A stretch of DNA of 63,271 nt, the filler included, from Sphacelaria rigidula (taxonomy: Eukaryota), in NCBI GenBank assembly GCA_964200075.2. It is 9 parts of 9 records of this genome, joined end to end, with 100 filler letters (N's around TTAATTAATTAA, not from the genome) between each part and the next. Parts side by side here need not be neighbours in the genome. Positions count along the whole stretch, not along the records: positions 35,209 to 42,149 come from CAXNAA020017297.1; positions 42,250 to 49,190 come from CAXNAA020017298.1; positions 49,291 to 56,231 come from CAXNAA020017299.1; 6 more parts are not named here. One strand, written 5' to 3'. Shown here piece by piece: positions 36,080-49,535 of this stretch (position 1 is the stretch's first letter; every line of letters starts with the position of its first letter). The notes under the pieces are model-generated. The model was not told the DNA's origin and searched no databases. It saw only the letters and a list, made by a program, of their open reading frames with translations. Made by a program: the position numbers and the translations under genes.

Positions 36080-37175
36080 AGGCATGGCGTGGGCCCACCA
36101 GCAGAAGTTGCTTCGACTGAAGAAGGAGATGACCGAGAAGGCTGCGGAGCAAAAGGCCGCCGCCGACATTGCTGCGGCGGCTGCGGCGGCCGGAGAAAAT
36201 GCTGGAATCCTCAACGACGGGACCCACAATGAAATGCAGGCACCCGCGCGTGATGCTTCCCAATCCGCGGGAGGGGTTCACCACAGATCGCAAGGCGGAG
36301 CGGCGGCAGCAGCTACCGCTCCGGTGCCCAGCGTCGAGGTGTACTATCAGCATCCAGGATCGGCAGCGCCAGCGGTGGGGGGCATGGGGGCAGCGCCCGC
36401 ATCATACGCCCCACAACAGCAGCCACAGCACCAGCACGGGCGGCAAGAGGACTTTCCCCCGACTGGCGGCGGTGGCGGCAACAGGGGAGCAGGGTATGTG
36501 GGTATACGTGCCCCGTTCGACGGCATGGACCCCCGCGCGTCGGCGACGGCTGTGACTGGGACGGGGCCGTCGTCCGTGTATTCAGCCAAGCCGGCGGGTC
36601 GTGATATTCACCACTTGCACCAGCACCAGCACCAGCAGCGGCAGCGGCAGCAACAACACCACACACACACGCAGCGGGACATGAGTATGGCGAATATCAC
36701 CTCGCCTCAGCAGGACGTGTTCCCTTCAGCAGCGATGTTGCTTTCTCCCAGCGGCGGTAGCATGAGCGGCGTCGTAGGTGGCAGTGGCGGCTGGGGGCAA
36801 GGCGGGGCCCCGGCCTCCTCCTTCCCCGCTCCAGCGGCGGAGGCGTCGGTGTCGCCATTGGTGTCAGGCAGCAGCAATGCGGCCGTTAAGCAGGCGGCGA
36901 ACGAGGCGTATGAGCAGCAACTCAACGGGCTCCCGGAGGACCTACTTGAAGAGGCGCAGCGGCGCGTGCACCAGCAGGCAGAGCGGAACGACAACGTGCG
37001 GTCGATCGACGAGCTGCTGCTGACGGACAACCGGGACGTGCCCGAGCTGTACGAAGGCGAGTCCGATATGGACGACATGTCCTTCTTGCCCGTCTCTCAC
37101 GGTGGCGGGGTGAGCAACAGCGGGGACGATGTCGACGAAGGCTTGCGTTTCCTCGCCGAGTCTTTGCTACAGTGA
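36080..37175 (+). CDS. Probable terminal exon of an unidentified protein (Ala/Gly/Gln/His-rich, acidic C-terminus)
   Basis: About 365 open codons with GC3-rich host-like codon usage starting after CCACAG (36079); TGA at 37173-37175. The 5' boundary is inferred; the ORF is open from 35811. Confidence 0.7.
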
Positions 37176-40100
37176 TGTTTTTAGTTGAGTGCGACGCGGA
37201 GCATATTTCGTGCGAAAGAGTTACAGTGGGGTGGGTGGGGGTGGGTGGAGAGGGATGGGGAATGCGACCGGTATTGTATTGAGTGACTGCGCGTCGTATT
37301 CTCTGTCTTTTTCTGTTGGGTGCATGTGGAATGTGATGGCTAGGGAGCTTCAATCCTCCCGTGATCGTAGAGGGCGTTCTTGAGAGGACGGGAACGAAGA
37401 TCCACTCTGAGGGAGATCGCGGCGCCGTAGAGGGAATACAAAACGTAGACGTGTGGTATTCTTGTGTGTGCGTGTTGAGTTGCCGTCGAGCAACTGGGGA
37501 ACTAGCGCTGTCCCGATGGGGTCGCCTATCTTGATATGACTTGCTACTTGACTTCAGCTCTTGCATTGAATTGAAGCGGGTGTGACATGGGTTCTGGTGA
37601 GAGGTTGTTATCGGGGCGGGGGATACTGAGTAGGACGTCATTTTTTGCGCGGCATCACTTTTGGCGACTCCGGAGAGTGTGTACAGGATATTATTGGAGC
37701 ATGCGCACACAAGCCTAGTCGATGACACATCTCGGATGCCAATCAGTTGCTGCTGCGGGAATCGCTCACCTCGTGTACAAAACAGACAAAAATCACGGTG
37801 GGTTTGACTTGGTCGATATTTAATATTGTTGCGTGACCATCTTGATATTGTGTGATAAATTACAGTAGTGCAGGTGAGGGTGCGAGGGACGGGCTGGCTG
37901 ACGGAGTGGGAAAAGGGTGGGGGGGAGACGACCGATGGGCAGAGAAGGGGCGGAAATCTAATTTTTACCATCCCTAATTTCCCTATATTCCCTACTTTCC
38001 TCCCGGCCGCCCTTCTTTATTATCGGCAAGCATCGGATGCAACTTTTTAGAACCGTGTTGTCATCGTTAACGGCCATGTACGATGGCGCACATGTGTATC
38101 TGCCGAAGGCGTCACAGCGTGGTTGCGCTAGAGCTTTTCTTCGTGTCTCCGTCTGTATGTGTTGCGTTGCTGTGTCGGAGTCGAAGTCATACCTGGCACA
38201 ACAAAGTACATTGGTTGCTTTTGTTTGGAGTACCCTTTTACGTGGTTTGGATTAGTAGCCGCAGTAGTACAGGTCTTACATGGTCCACATTAGAGAAATG
38301 AGTGAAGGTAGCCTAATGGCGGCGATATATTCAGTAGTTGCACCCCGCAAATGTAGATATCTCCAAGCGCTCGTGCACGTATGACAGTTCGGTTCGGTAA
38401 AGTTGACGAGAAAAAAGTGGCAATCTGTGGTGTGCGGTGGGAGGCGATTTCTGTTCGGTCGCACTCGACCGTGTTCGTGAGTAAAACAGCAAGAGCGCAT
38501 GGCCGTGAACATGTCATTGATATGTGATGGTGTAGATATCTCGTGTTTCGTCACGGAGAGTTGGTTTGAACTAGCTGGATGAAGTATAGTTTTCTGCTTC
38601 TGTGCTGCTGCTACTTTTTGTCGGCGGACAACATGAGGTCGTCAGTTGCTGGTCAAAGTGTGTGAACAGAGGTGACTGATGTTGGAGCTCGAGCTATGCT
38701 GCTCGGGCAAGCGGCGTAGACGGCGCTGGGATTGACAGTACTTGCGCGCGCACAATGAGCCCCCCAACATCATTTTATACCGATCCTTGTGGCGCACAGT
38801 TTCGTTTGTATCGGTCGGCTGATGGTCGTCCTGTCTCTGTCCTTTTTTTACGTTGGTTTGTCCAGGCTACTATGATGTGGTGAATGTTTCGGCATTTCTT
38901 TTTTCAGTTACCTAAAAGGTCTTCACTGCAATCACAACAATGTTTCCTGTGCATGTACGCGCGTGCGCGCATACGCCGTTTTTTGTTATCTGCCCGCTTG
39001 TATTTGTATGGATTTGTGGTATTTTCGTTGCCGGGTCTGTTGTGAGTTGTGTTTTTGTGTGTTTTGGACTGGGGCAAGGAGCGCCCCAGATTTTTGATGA
39101 ACAGCCCCTCTTTACTTGCTTGCGGCGAAATGTACATTGCGGTTCGGGGGGCGTACTCATTTGTTGCATGCCTCGGTCGTATGAAGTTATGGATGCTGCG
39201 ATAACTCACTTCTCTCGCACGGACTTTACAATGAATGGCAACAACTGTCTGCCTCACGGGGCTGATGTCGAAACCAGGGTCGTGGTGGAAGCCGTGGCGT
39301 GGTTCGTTTCACCATGAAAGTTATCATGATAATGTTAGTAGAGCGTTGATTGAGAGCGGGTTCTATCATCCGCTTCAACTCGTCCAATTTTTCATTATGT
39401 TGATATGTTCTCTGTCTGTAACAGTGGCGTGTGCTTACAGCTGCACGTCGATATTCTACTCAGATATATCAAGGGCTTCAGTGGCGAGCTACTTCAAAAG
39501 CGTATGAGACATCGTGGAGGGTCATTTCGGAGCTGAAGCTATTCATACATCACTCGACCGTTTCTCAAGAAAACACCGTTCATTATCGTGCCCTCCCCTC
39601 ATTTTGTGAGCGGGGTCTGATCGAGTTATTTTTCGAGACCTGTGGCAAATATACAGCCTTGATCTGTACTCACAGCCCCAAAAAGTTATGGAAAGGTTGA
39701 CGATAAATCAGGGTCCTGTACCGTCGCGATGCCGCCGGGATCATACTACTGTACTATGCGACCAATGTGCAATGATGCAAAATGCCGAATGTTTCATCAT
39801 ACTACGAGGTATTTTTTCTTCACGCTCGACCTATTTGGATGAAGCGGTCACGGTGCCCATACTTCCATCTAACCGGCAGCGAGCAGGCGGTGCCGTTTTT
39901 CCTCGGCAAGTTTGCCGCCGGTAGGTACGGGGTCCCGACATTGCACCAATCGATGAATCAATAAACAGCTCTTGAATTCCCACCACTACCACATGTATGC
40001 TCGACATCGATAACAATTTCACCGCAATCGGGGCAGCAAAGACCAAACCAGAAGATCACTCGAAGCCAAACGACTACAAAATACAGGACAACAGGGACAG

Positions 40101-40467
40101 GGATCGTCCTTTTTTCAGCCAGGAACCCCTCGTAGAACCGGACAGGAAGAAAATGGGCATCCATCCGACTCCCCCAATACGAACAGCTCGATTTCCCCAA
40201 ATCACCTTCAAAAACTAGAATAAAACAACACAAGATGCGTCTTTTCCTGATGATATCAATCACACGCAATCATGGAAGGCGTCCCGCATCAGATGCCCGT
40301 TGCGAAAGTTAGAAGGTACTAAATGCACAGAGATCAGATTGCGTGATAAATGTGACGACAACGACGACAGCAACAACAAATATTCCTGACCACTCATCAT
40401 TGCGACACACAAGTCACGCACGCGAATCGTTGCACCCGTTGATGTGTCGGATTGGATATTCATCCAC

Positions 40468-40566
40468 TGTGTGGGTGTGTGTTGTCATCCCATCTATTCC
40501 AGACACCGGTCGACACCTTTCGGTATATGTCGGCGCATCTGTCGAGGTCCCACAGGAGGAAGGCCA
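40468..40566 (-). mobile_element. 3'-terminal ~100 bp of SINE S1 (or of its partner LINE)
   Basis: Minus strand CCTTCCTCCTGTGGGACCTCG...ATACCGAAAGGTGT...AATAGATGGGATGACAACACACAC. Confidence 0.7.
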
Positions 40567-41109
40567 AGACAGAAAATTATCATCCACTACGCCATAAAGT
40601 CTACAGGAAACATCATGCACTCGAACAGAACGAAGATATGGCCCCTTGGGTGCCTCTTCACACACTCCAATCCAGGCGAAGGTACTTGGGGGCGTTTACG
40701 TTGCGACGCACCCTAACAAGTCAACCACGACACACGCTTCCCCCCCAACACCCATGTTACCATAAAAACGCCCATCAACAAGATTGTTTTGCATGCGGTC
40801 GCATCCAGCTGCGACACGTGTATCGGGTCGTTGTGTCCTCCCCGTGCAAGGAAGGGCGCGCAAGATGACGAGAGCATCTGGTTACGAAAATGTACACACG
40901 CCCGCGCCCGCATTGTAAACCACTTCGTTCGCCGTGCGTGCAGATTAACAACGATATATCGAATGAACAAACACAGTTCGAATGCGCAAGGCACGATCAT
41001 TCACTCTCCTTCTGTCCGTGCAATTTTCCCTCCCTCCTCCTCTCCGGGCAGCGATCGATTGATGCAAGCAGGCTGCATGGAACAACGTCAACACTTGCTC
41101 AAATACTTC

Positions 41110-41260
41110 TCACGAAGACGACAGGCCATCGCCCGCTTTGCCCCCTGCAGCCGAGTTCACCAATGCCTTGTAACGCCCACCGGGTGCGAGCATAAGCTCT
41201 TCGTGCGCCCCCTCCTCCACGACTTTGCCGGCATGCACCACGCAGATCTTATCGCATTTC
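41110..41260 (-). CDS. Last exon of an ABC transporter (ABCB/MDR-like)
   Basis: CAG acceptor at 41261-41263; (R)KCDKICVVHAGKVVEEGAHEELMLAPGGRYKALV is the post-H-loop NBD tail; TGA at 41110-41112. Confidence 0.85.
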
Positions 41261-42149
41261 CTGAACGAGCACACCGGGGCGCGCGGGCGCGATGTAGCAC
41301 ACGTATAGCCCGAGCAGGGGAAGCGAGCGTCACAACACGCAATGTTCATCTGGTCAACGCCTTATAAAGAAAGCATCGTGGTTCAGATAGAGGAAGTTGG
41401 AGGTGGGCGGGGGGGGGGGAAGGGGAGGGGGAGCGACCAACACAACCACTGCACACAAGATTCTTGGGGATGACGAGTCTAATTGCATTCTCTCCACAAA
41501 CGCGTCACAACTTGACAAACCCAAAGCATTCGTTACGTAAAAGGGTCAGAGGTCCTTTTCAACAGGTCACGTGTGATTTTGTGATCCGCGAGGGTACCTT
41601 TCGTGTGTGGCAACATCAAATGAAGAGCGCGAAATTAGAGAGCCACCGGACCCACGGCATATGTGACTCCGTATATATATCCACCGCCCAGCAAACGATC
41701 CCCGGCCTACAGGACGAGAGAAATAACACGCTTCGCTTTGGGGTACCTTCGCCGACAGAATAAAGGCGACCTACCGTCAACTTCAGCAGAAAAGAACCGG
41801 GACCCCCATCTTCTTCGGCAGTATACGTGGCCTTACAGTAGGCATATACGAGAAGCGTGTCCACAGTAGTGGCAAGAATAGTGCTGGTGTATGGTGTGCG
41901 TGGTACGAAACAATGGTGATCAATACCTTGGCCGAGAGATAATTTGGCCCCACCCTCGAGCCATGGAAGGCACTATTTCAACTGCAGGCCTCGTCATCGG
42001 GGCAGCGCGCAGCTGTGTTTCCACCACGTCAAAGCTACACGCAAGTAAAGCTGGTGCAACAATGATTGTGTGTGTTCGCGCATCGGTCGGGGGGGGGGGG
42101 GTACCCATTGCCTTAGTCGTTTGATCATTCACCACGCATCCCTTCCGAG

Positions 42150-42249
42150 NNNNNNNNNNNNNNNNNNNNNNNNNNNNNNNNNNNNNNNNNNNNTTAATTA
42201 ATTAANNNNNNNNNNNNNNNNNNNNNNNNNNNNNNNNNNNNNNNNNNNN
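42150..42249. other. Artificial contig linker
   Basis: 44 N + TTAATTAATTAA + 44 N. Confidence 0.99.
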
Positions 42250-42514
42250 CTCGAAATTTCGAGCAACAAATGCCCCAAAATACCCCCACCCCTATCGTAG
42301 GATGGCTCTGTACATGTGTGTGATATTCCTCGGTGATGTCGAGAAAAATCCGCTGGACGAACTGCAGGTGGGGCAATCGCCGAAATATTCACCTGCAAGC
42401 TCTGCTCCAGTGCACTGTAAGTTGATATCGCTAGAATCCTGACGCAAAAACAGAGTCGTAAAAAACCACTTTGTCGAATTTTACCCGCAGCAGAAACCAA
42501 CTTCACTTTGTGAA

Positions 42515-45500
42515 ATTGGAATAATGTTGATTTTCCGTTGTCCAGATTGTTGCCTCAGTTCGCATTTGAGACAGCCGTTAATTGGAAACCGCCCTGGTTG
42601 CAGGTGATAACATGGTCCATAGTGCCGGCCAAGTATTGAAGTATGTGTTTTGCATCTGCCATATGCGCCTTCGACGGTGAGGGCATCGCCCGCGCCAGTT
42701 GATTCACGGCGTATCCAATGTCGTAGCGGGTCACGTGAGCGAGACACATCACACTGCCTGTGATGTCCTGGAAGCGCTGTTCGTCCTCCTCGTTTAGCCG
42801 TTTGTCTCTCGGCTGGTCCAGTGACAGTTCTTTTCCCACCCCAGGAGTGCGCCGGGTTGCAGTTCGCCATCTCGTATCGTTCCACGAGAGACGTGGTGTG
42901 ACGTTTCTGGCTAATAATGACTGTCTTGCTATTACGGTCACGAACAACCTCTATTCCCAGCACTAACGATACATCTCCCATGTCCGTCATTGAAAAACGT
43001 CCCATTAGTTTATGCTTGGCTCTTTCCAGCACCTTGGAGACTTTCCCAGGCAGCAGGACATCGTTGACGTACAAAGCCAAGATGTAGACATCGCCGCTCT
43101 CCTTGTAGATGTACACACAAGGGTATAACGTAAGGCTCTTGAAGCCAATCTCCACCAGGTGTGTGTCGACCGTACCCCACCAGCAGTCTGGACTCTGACG
43201 GAGACCATAGAGGCTTTTGCGGGGCCGCATTACCATCGAAGTTCCATTGGCGTCAAACTCCTTGTATTCGGGCGCCATTTTGACGTACACTTCTTCGTTG
43301 AGTTCGGCGTTCAGAAGCCGTATTAGTATATTATAGTCCAATTGCCAACACTCCAGAACACAGGATTTTACTAACTGAGAATGGATCTTTCATTGGGGAT
43401 GAAAACCCAGGAAATTAAACTTTTTCGTATCAACACCAAATCTTCGAAGTATGCTTCCATTTTTTCACTCGCTGGTGGCTATTGACAGCTACTACACGCC
43501 ATACAAATTTCGATTTCGATAACCGAAATGTCGGGGTCCCAGATGAAAAACCAATTTTGGCGGCCGATCGGACACCGGAAATCCCCCCAAAATGGTTTTC
43601 ACCGAGGACCCCGACATTTCGGTTATCGAAATCCAAACTTGTGTGGCGTGTAGTAGTTGTCAATAGCTATCAGCAAGTGAAGAAGTGAAAGCATACTTCA
43701 TAGATTTGGTGTGGATACGAAGATTTTAATTCTCCGGGTTTTCATCCCCAATAAAAGATCCATCCCCAATTTGTAAAACCCCGTGTTCCGAGTCGTACTC
43801 CGCCGCTACAGCCAACACCATGCAAGTTCTCTGGATCTTGCAAACCGGTGCGCGAGTGCTGCCAGAGTCGACGCTGGGAACTTGTCCCCAACCCTGCACG
43901 ACGACTCGGGCCTTGTACGAGAGATCCACTTTTTCCTTGTACACCCAACGAGACCCGATGCACCTGTGTCCAGCTGGAACGGAGTCAGACGGCACGAGAA
44001 TATACACGTTGTTCTTTCTTATGCTATGCATCTCCTTGTCTGAAGCCGCCTTCTACCGTTCCTTTTCGGGGAGGGTCATGGCCTCATTGAACGTGTTTGA
44101 GAGTCTTTCGGTTTGCTCCCCCACCGAACAACTCGAGGGGCTGGTCGTGGTGTAGGCATACTTCACGACTAATTCCGCCCCAAACGTCTGATGCGCGACA
44201 TCTGGTAGGAGCGCGTTAATGTGTATTTGCAGTCGTCGTAGATCAAAGACAATGTTGTCGTTTACAGTCGCTGCGAGGTGCGCAGAGGCTTCGCCGTCGT
44301 TATTGCCTTTCCGTTCCCTAAAGGAGCGCGCTGCAACGCCTGCGCGCGTCACAGCAGGAGTTACTCGATGGTGAGAGTGTCGAGGGCGGCTAAGCGGTGG
44401 TGACTCGGCTTCATCCTGTGGAGGGGTTTCAGTTTGTTCCAGCGGCGCACGGCTCTCTGGTGATGTTGGCGACGTCTCTTCACGAGGTGTGTCATGATCA
44501 TGCAGCATGTCCTGCTTGGTGATAGCGCTGATTCTCTCCAGAAGCTCCACCACCTGTGGATCGTTAGAGACCCCGCTGGCAGTGACATGATCGACAGAGG
44601 CACGAGCTGATTGAGCTAGAACGGAGGTGTAGTCGCGAAGATCACGGGAAACGTCGTCGTCGATGGCGTAATTGTGGCCCTCTCTTTCGCTGGACTCCTC
44701 GTCCCCAAGTGAAAATGGGTGTATCCGAAGTTGTGGCTCTCCCGTCGGTGTAAGTTGTGACGGCGTCTCGATGAAGACAACGTTTGTACTCTCCATGATA
44801 CGTCAGGTGGCCGGGTTGTAGATTCGATAGCTCTTGCTGTCACTACTGTTCCCAACTATTCGTCCTTCAACCGCTTTGAAAGCGAGTTCCGGCGTATGCT
44901 GCTCGACATGAGCGAAAGCCCTGGCTCCGACAACTGGAAGGTGTTGGAGGTCCGGTTTTATTCCCTTCAGCATCTTATGAGGGGACTACATGTCAAGCGC
45001 GGAATGCGGTGATCTGTTTGCAAGGTAGGCCGCTGTGAACATCAGTTCCCCCCAGAGAAAGGTCGGTACACCGCTGTCGGTAAGCATGCACCGGACCATG
45101 GCTGCAAGCCTCCTCCCTACTCGTTCTGACTGGCCAATTTGTTGTGGTGTATTGGTGCTCACAAACTCCAGCGATATACCTATCTTCCGGCAGCACGTTC
45201 TGAAATCGTTGCCAATATACTCAGCCCCTTTGTCTGCCCTTAGTCGTTCGACCCGAACGCGGCCAAGAATTACCATTGACTGTATGAAGGACAGGAATTC
45301 GTGAAGTGCGCCGTCCTTGGTTTCTAGCAGGTAAATCTTCGTCCATCTGGTATACTCGTTGGAGATTTTGCAGACGTACTTCAAGCCTCCGACGGCCTCC
45401 GGCATACTTGGTCCCATCAAATCTGTCATGATCAGTTGAAATGTGCGTTGCCTTTTGTTGTTGGCTGTCTTCGGATGGGCCAGTTGATTCCTTTTCCCAA

Positions 45501-47490
45501 CAGCACGAACATCACAATCCGGGACGGTCCCACCGAAATCCACCCCGCTGCTTTCGATGGTTTCAAGGAGGCTCAAACTACTGCTGTTCAAGTGCCTCAT
45601 CTACCGATTCCACAGCGTGGCGGCGTCTGCAGCTTGCATAGCCAGTCGAAGCGCGTCGTTTTCGCTGGTTAGTTCTAGAGAAAAGAAATACAGATCACTC
45701 TCCAACTCCTGGAGCGGAACGGTGACGTTGTTTGTTTCCAGCCTTGGGTTATTCATCTCGAACACAGATAGCACTCCATTTCGTGTCGCTTGTTTGACGG
45801 ATAAGAGGTCCCATCTCAAGCCAAGAACGACCAAACACGAAATCTGGCCCAGGCGTTTGATCCCTTCGTCGTCATTGATGTGTCCGCGAAGCAGTCCTTT
45901 ACCAACCCCTGCCAGTTGGGCCCCCCATGTGGTGGTGATCTTACGCGGGATCACCAGTTCCTGGTATTAATAGTTGAAAAGTTTGTGTCGCAGCCCCGGG
46001 ATGAGGGTATCGTCAAAGTAATGTCCCGACGCGCCACTGTCTACCATGACACTGACAGAGCTGACAGAGCTGCTGCTGCCCTCCTTCCGCTTGTCGAGAG
46101 CGGGCCCTGCCGCAAGAGCCGACCCATCATCAGCGTCGGTGATACCGCGAAATGTTTCAGCGTTGTCGTCGATGTTCGACGTGACTCGATGGTATATTGA
46201 GTTCCAAAATATCAACCAGACGTGATGAAGCACGACTATTTCGGCCAACGCGCGGACTCTTGGGGAAAGTGCCTCCTTGATTTCCCGCAATATGTTGTGA
46301 GCTCTGCGCCGGAAATCCAGATCCTCGGCCTGCTCGGCCCCCTCGGTCGCTTCGAAGGCACCGAAGAATCCGCTGCTGTTCAATGAGGCAACGGGCTTGT
46401 TCGTTGGAGCGAACGGCCGGAGGTTGTTCGCTTCCCGGGGGTTTTGTGTTCAGGGCGCTTTTTCAGCATCAAAGGAGATGGCCGGAGGCTACTCCCTCGC
46501 GCCAGTGACTGGTGGGTAACCTGACCATTGCGCGAGATTTGCTGCCTGCTGGTTGTTTGCTGCCTGCTGGTTGCGCCGTTGCTAGAAACGGCACTCTTCG
46601 TCGCTGTGGGTCGTTGACATGTGGAAGGAGCACCACTTACCCTCTGGCCCCTTGTTCTAGTCTCTCCCTGTCAGTGCTTGGGTCGGGTTTCGAGCGGGGC
46701 AATTTCTTTTAACGTGACCTCGCTTTCCGCAGCGGAAGCATGTTATGTGGTTTCTTCTGTTGTCACCACTTCCACTGGCCTGCATGGCGACCCTGCGGCC
46801 TGCGACCAAGTTGATGGCCTCTGCGCGTGAGAGATAGTCGGTATACATGGTGCTGACCATGTATCAGAGATCCGCCAAATCAAAATCGAGCCTCTCGCAG
46901 CTATCAATACGAATATTTTCGTACTCGGCAGGCAGGGCTCGGAGGATAATGTCCTCGTATCGCTCGTCGGGTATAGATTGCCCCATTTCCTCTAGGCGGT
47001 CGCGGTAGCCGTCCATGACAAACAGAAAGTATCTTGCATCATCCCCGGACTGCATCGTCGCAGTGTGAAGTTTGTCATGAAAGTCCCTCCGTGCCTCTTT
47101 TCTGTTGCCGCCATATTTGTTGTACAGCGCTGCCCACGCTGCTTGTCCGTTCTCGACCCCATCTTGTTGCGTTTCCCCATCCTGAAAAACAGCAGCAGCT
47201 TTGACGGTATCGTTTGAGAATTTTCCCGTGCTGAAAAACGGGATACTAAACAGGTCATTGTTGGAATGATTCCACGCCACTGAAGCTTTCGTATCGCAGG
47301 GTGGTTGGTCATCAGTAAATATGGTGGATCCGGGTCTCTGCCGCCCCTGCAAGATATCTGCGGCCGCATTGTGGTGAAGGGAGAGGATCACCCGGATTTT
47401 GTCTTCATATTCCTGGAAGCTAGCCTTGTCTCTGCCATGAAATTTTCGACAGAGCTTCAGTACCCCTCGAATACCCTCATTGTCCGCCAT
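42515..47490 (-). mobile_element. Ty1/copia retrotransposon coding region, degenerate, truncated in RNase H
   Basis: gag (47490-46864), CFRCGKRGHVKRNC, protease MVDSGASGHY, integrase TDLMGP/RADKGAEY/QSER, RT YKARVVVQG, KSLYGLRQS, ALYVNDVL, RNase H start AVSNAN; many stops and frameshifts. LTR limits not resolved. Confidence 0.93.
43356..43788. mobile_element. Foldback MITE M3 (433 bp) inserted in copia RT
   Basis: Ends GAACACAGGATTTTAC / GTAAAACCCCGTGTTC; ~200-bp imperfect inverted arms; flanks CA and CG. Confidence 0.88.
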
Positions 47491-48617
47491 GTGAATCCTG
47501 TCCGTCGCTCTGCTCCAACTTCACGAGTATAAATAAAAGGTGTTTAAGGATGTCCGAGCATAGTTCCCCCACCACACAACTGGCTTTGCTCACCGCCGCT
47601 TGACTTGTCGGAAGTGAAAAAAAATGAATACGATAATCGGCACCCGATAAATTCGCCCACCGCAGTAGCGTCCTCCGGCAAAGCCGCTTCACTCCGGCTG
47701 CTGGACAGGTTAAGATAGAATATCGATACACAGAATGTGGTAGTAAAACCTATGGCTGGGCACTTCGATAGTAGACGCGTACAGTTGTTTTTTCCCCAAA
47801 ATGATCCGACTACTGAGTGTCTCCCCAGGTCACCCGTGGTGTTGGGCGCGCCGTTGTCGATTCATCTTCAAAAGTATATCACACACCCTACTCGGTTCAG
47901 GTTGTGGTACCCCGCTGTAGCGCCAGACGAGAACAGATCCGTATCGTTGCAGTTGCGGGGTTACAACCGTATTCTACGATTGTCCCGCTCTTTTAAAATT
48001 ACGTATGTAACCAGGTGCGCACAGGGAAAGTGCCGTCCCCACTTCGTGTCACTCTGTTGTAGTGCCAGACGCACACAGGTGTAGTGCAGTCTTGTACTTT
48101 GACTCAACTCACGTTGTTTTCCAGCAAATATCCTTCCTTTTTGCTGCTGCCTTTCTTTCTTCCAAGGTCCGATCCGTAGACGCCAACGACGAGGCTCAAA
48201 TAACCTGTTGGAAAAGGTGTCGCTTGGACCCCTTCGACGTGATCGCTAGAGTTGGCGTAATGGCACTTAAGCCAAGCAAGCAGACAAGCTTCTTTGGAGT
48301 GTAGACAGAAGATAGTGTTCAAGGTGCCGCTTGTCGGTAAGACAGTCCAAACAACCCACCGTGTTGAACGGTCAACCGAGAAGAGTAAGAACAACCCGAC
48401 TACTGCTACGCTCCATATCAGACCAAACTATCGTAAGCAGTACCGGCGATCCACACAATGCCTCCGTACAAATTCAATACCTTACGAAGCGTTGACGAGA
48501 GAAAGCCCCACAGCCTCATTATCCAACACTCTCATCAACTGCAGATAATCCAACTGATCGGCCTCGAAACCCTGGTGCCCCCGCACCCCACGACCCTCCA
48601 GAATAGACATAGGCATC

Positions 48618-48925
48618 CAACAGCCGATCGTCGAAATTGAGGATGGAGCTTTTCATTGAGGATGAGAACCCGGAGAATTAAAATGTTCGTATTCACACCA
48701 AATCTTCGAAACATGGTTCCATCCCTTCACCTACTGGTAAGCATTAACAACTGCTACACGCCCCACAAACTTGGATTTAGGTAACCGAAATGTTGGGATC
48801 CTCGATGAACACAAAAATTCGGTAAATTCAGGTTATCCGATTGGATCGCCGAAATTCCCCGAAATTGATTTTTCATCCGAAGCCCCAACATTTCGGTCAT
48901 CAAAATCACAATCTGTATGGCGTAA
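48618..48925. mobile_element. Partial foldback MITE M3
   Basis: Homologous to 10289-10590, including the CAACAGCC end. Confidence 0.75.
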
Positions 48926-49190
48926 AAGGTTCCCCTCCGGGAGGTTGGTACGAGCCTCCCGGGGGTGACGCAAGTCGAAATATATTTTGTCAAGCTTTCC
49001 ACGATCTTGACGAGGCTTTTGTGGTTCGGGATCGACACCCCGCGAAAGAGGGCCAGTTTGAGCGCCTTTCGGTGGCCAGAACACGCGTCACAGGTAACAG
49101 TGTTTTCGTGAGATTGAGAGTAGATGATATGATTGAGAGTGGCTTTGATCATTCGCGTTAAATGAGTCATTTTTTTATTCCACGTGTGCT

Positions 49191-49290
49191 NNNNNNNNNN
49201 NNNNNNNNNNNNNNNNNNNNNNNNNNNNNNNNNNTTAATTAATTAANNNNNNNNNNNNNNNNNNNNNNNNNNNNNNNNNNNNNNNNNNNN
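49191..49290. other. Artificial contig linker
   Basis: 44 N + TTAATTAATTAA + 44 N. Confidence 0.99.
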
Positions 49291-49535
49291 TACAAAAGGT
49301 AAGCGGTTTCTGGAGGCGAAATGTCCGTTTTCGCGTGGTCATATCTCTCGAGTAATAAGTTTTTTATCCGTTTTGTTTCGAGTGTCGGGTACCAATGCCC
49401 CCCCCGAATGATGTGCGTGAAAACTCCGGAGCGAAAACGGTTCAAATGGCGTGTGTGGCTGTTTTCGCGGTTCTGGCCATTTTTCGTACCTTTTTTCGGC
49501 GAAAAACGAGAAGGTATACCTTTACTAGGCCGTTG
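49291..49535 (-). mobile_element. Fragment of TIR family M4
   Basis: Reverse complement of 10674-10930; ends AAGGTATACCTTTACTAGGCCGTTG. Confidence 0.7.

Noticed and set aside
36922..37971. 349-aa minus-strand ORF
   Set aside because: Antisense shadow of the exon and its 3' UTR; no recognisable motifs.
2157..41260. RNA-metabolism cluster (methyltransferase, CCR4, ABC transporter)
   Set aside because: The genes lie on different, artificially joined contigs.
42040..42090. Minus-strand RTHTIIVAP as the ABC H-loop exon
   Set aside because: Lacks the AHRLST histidine motif and a suitable in-phase donor; probably coincidence.
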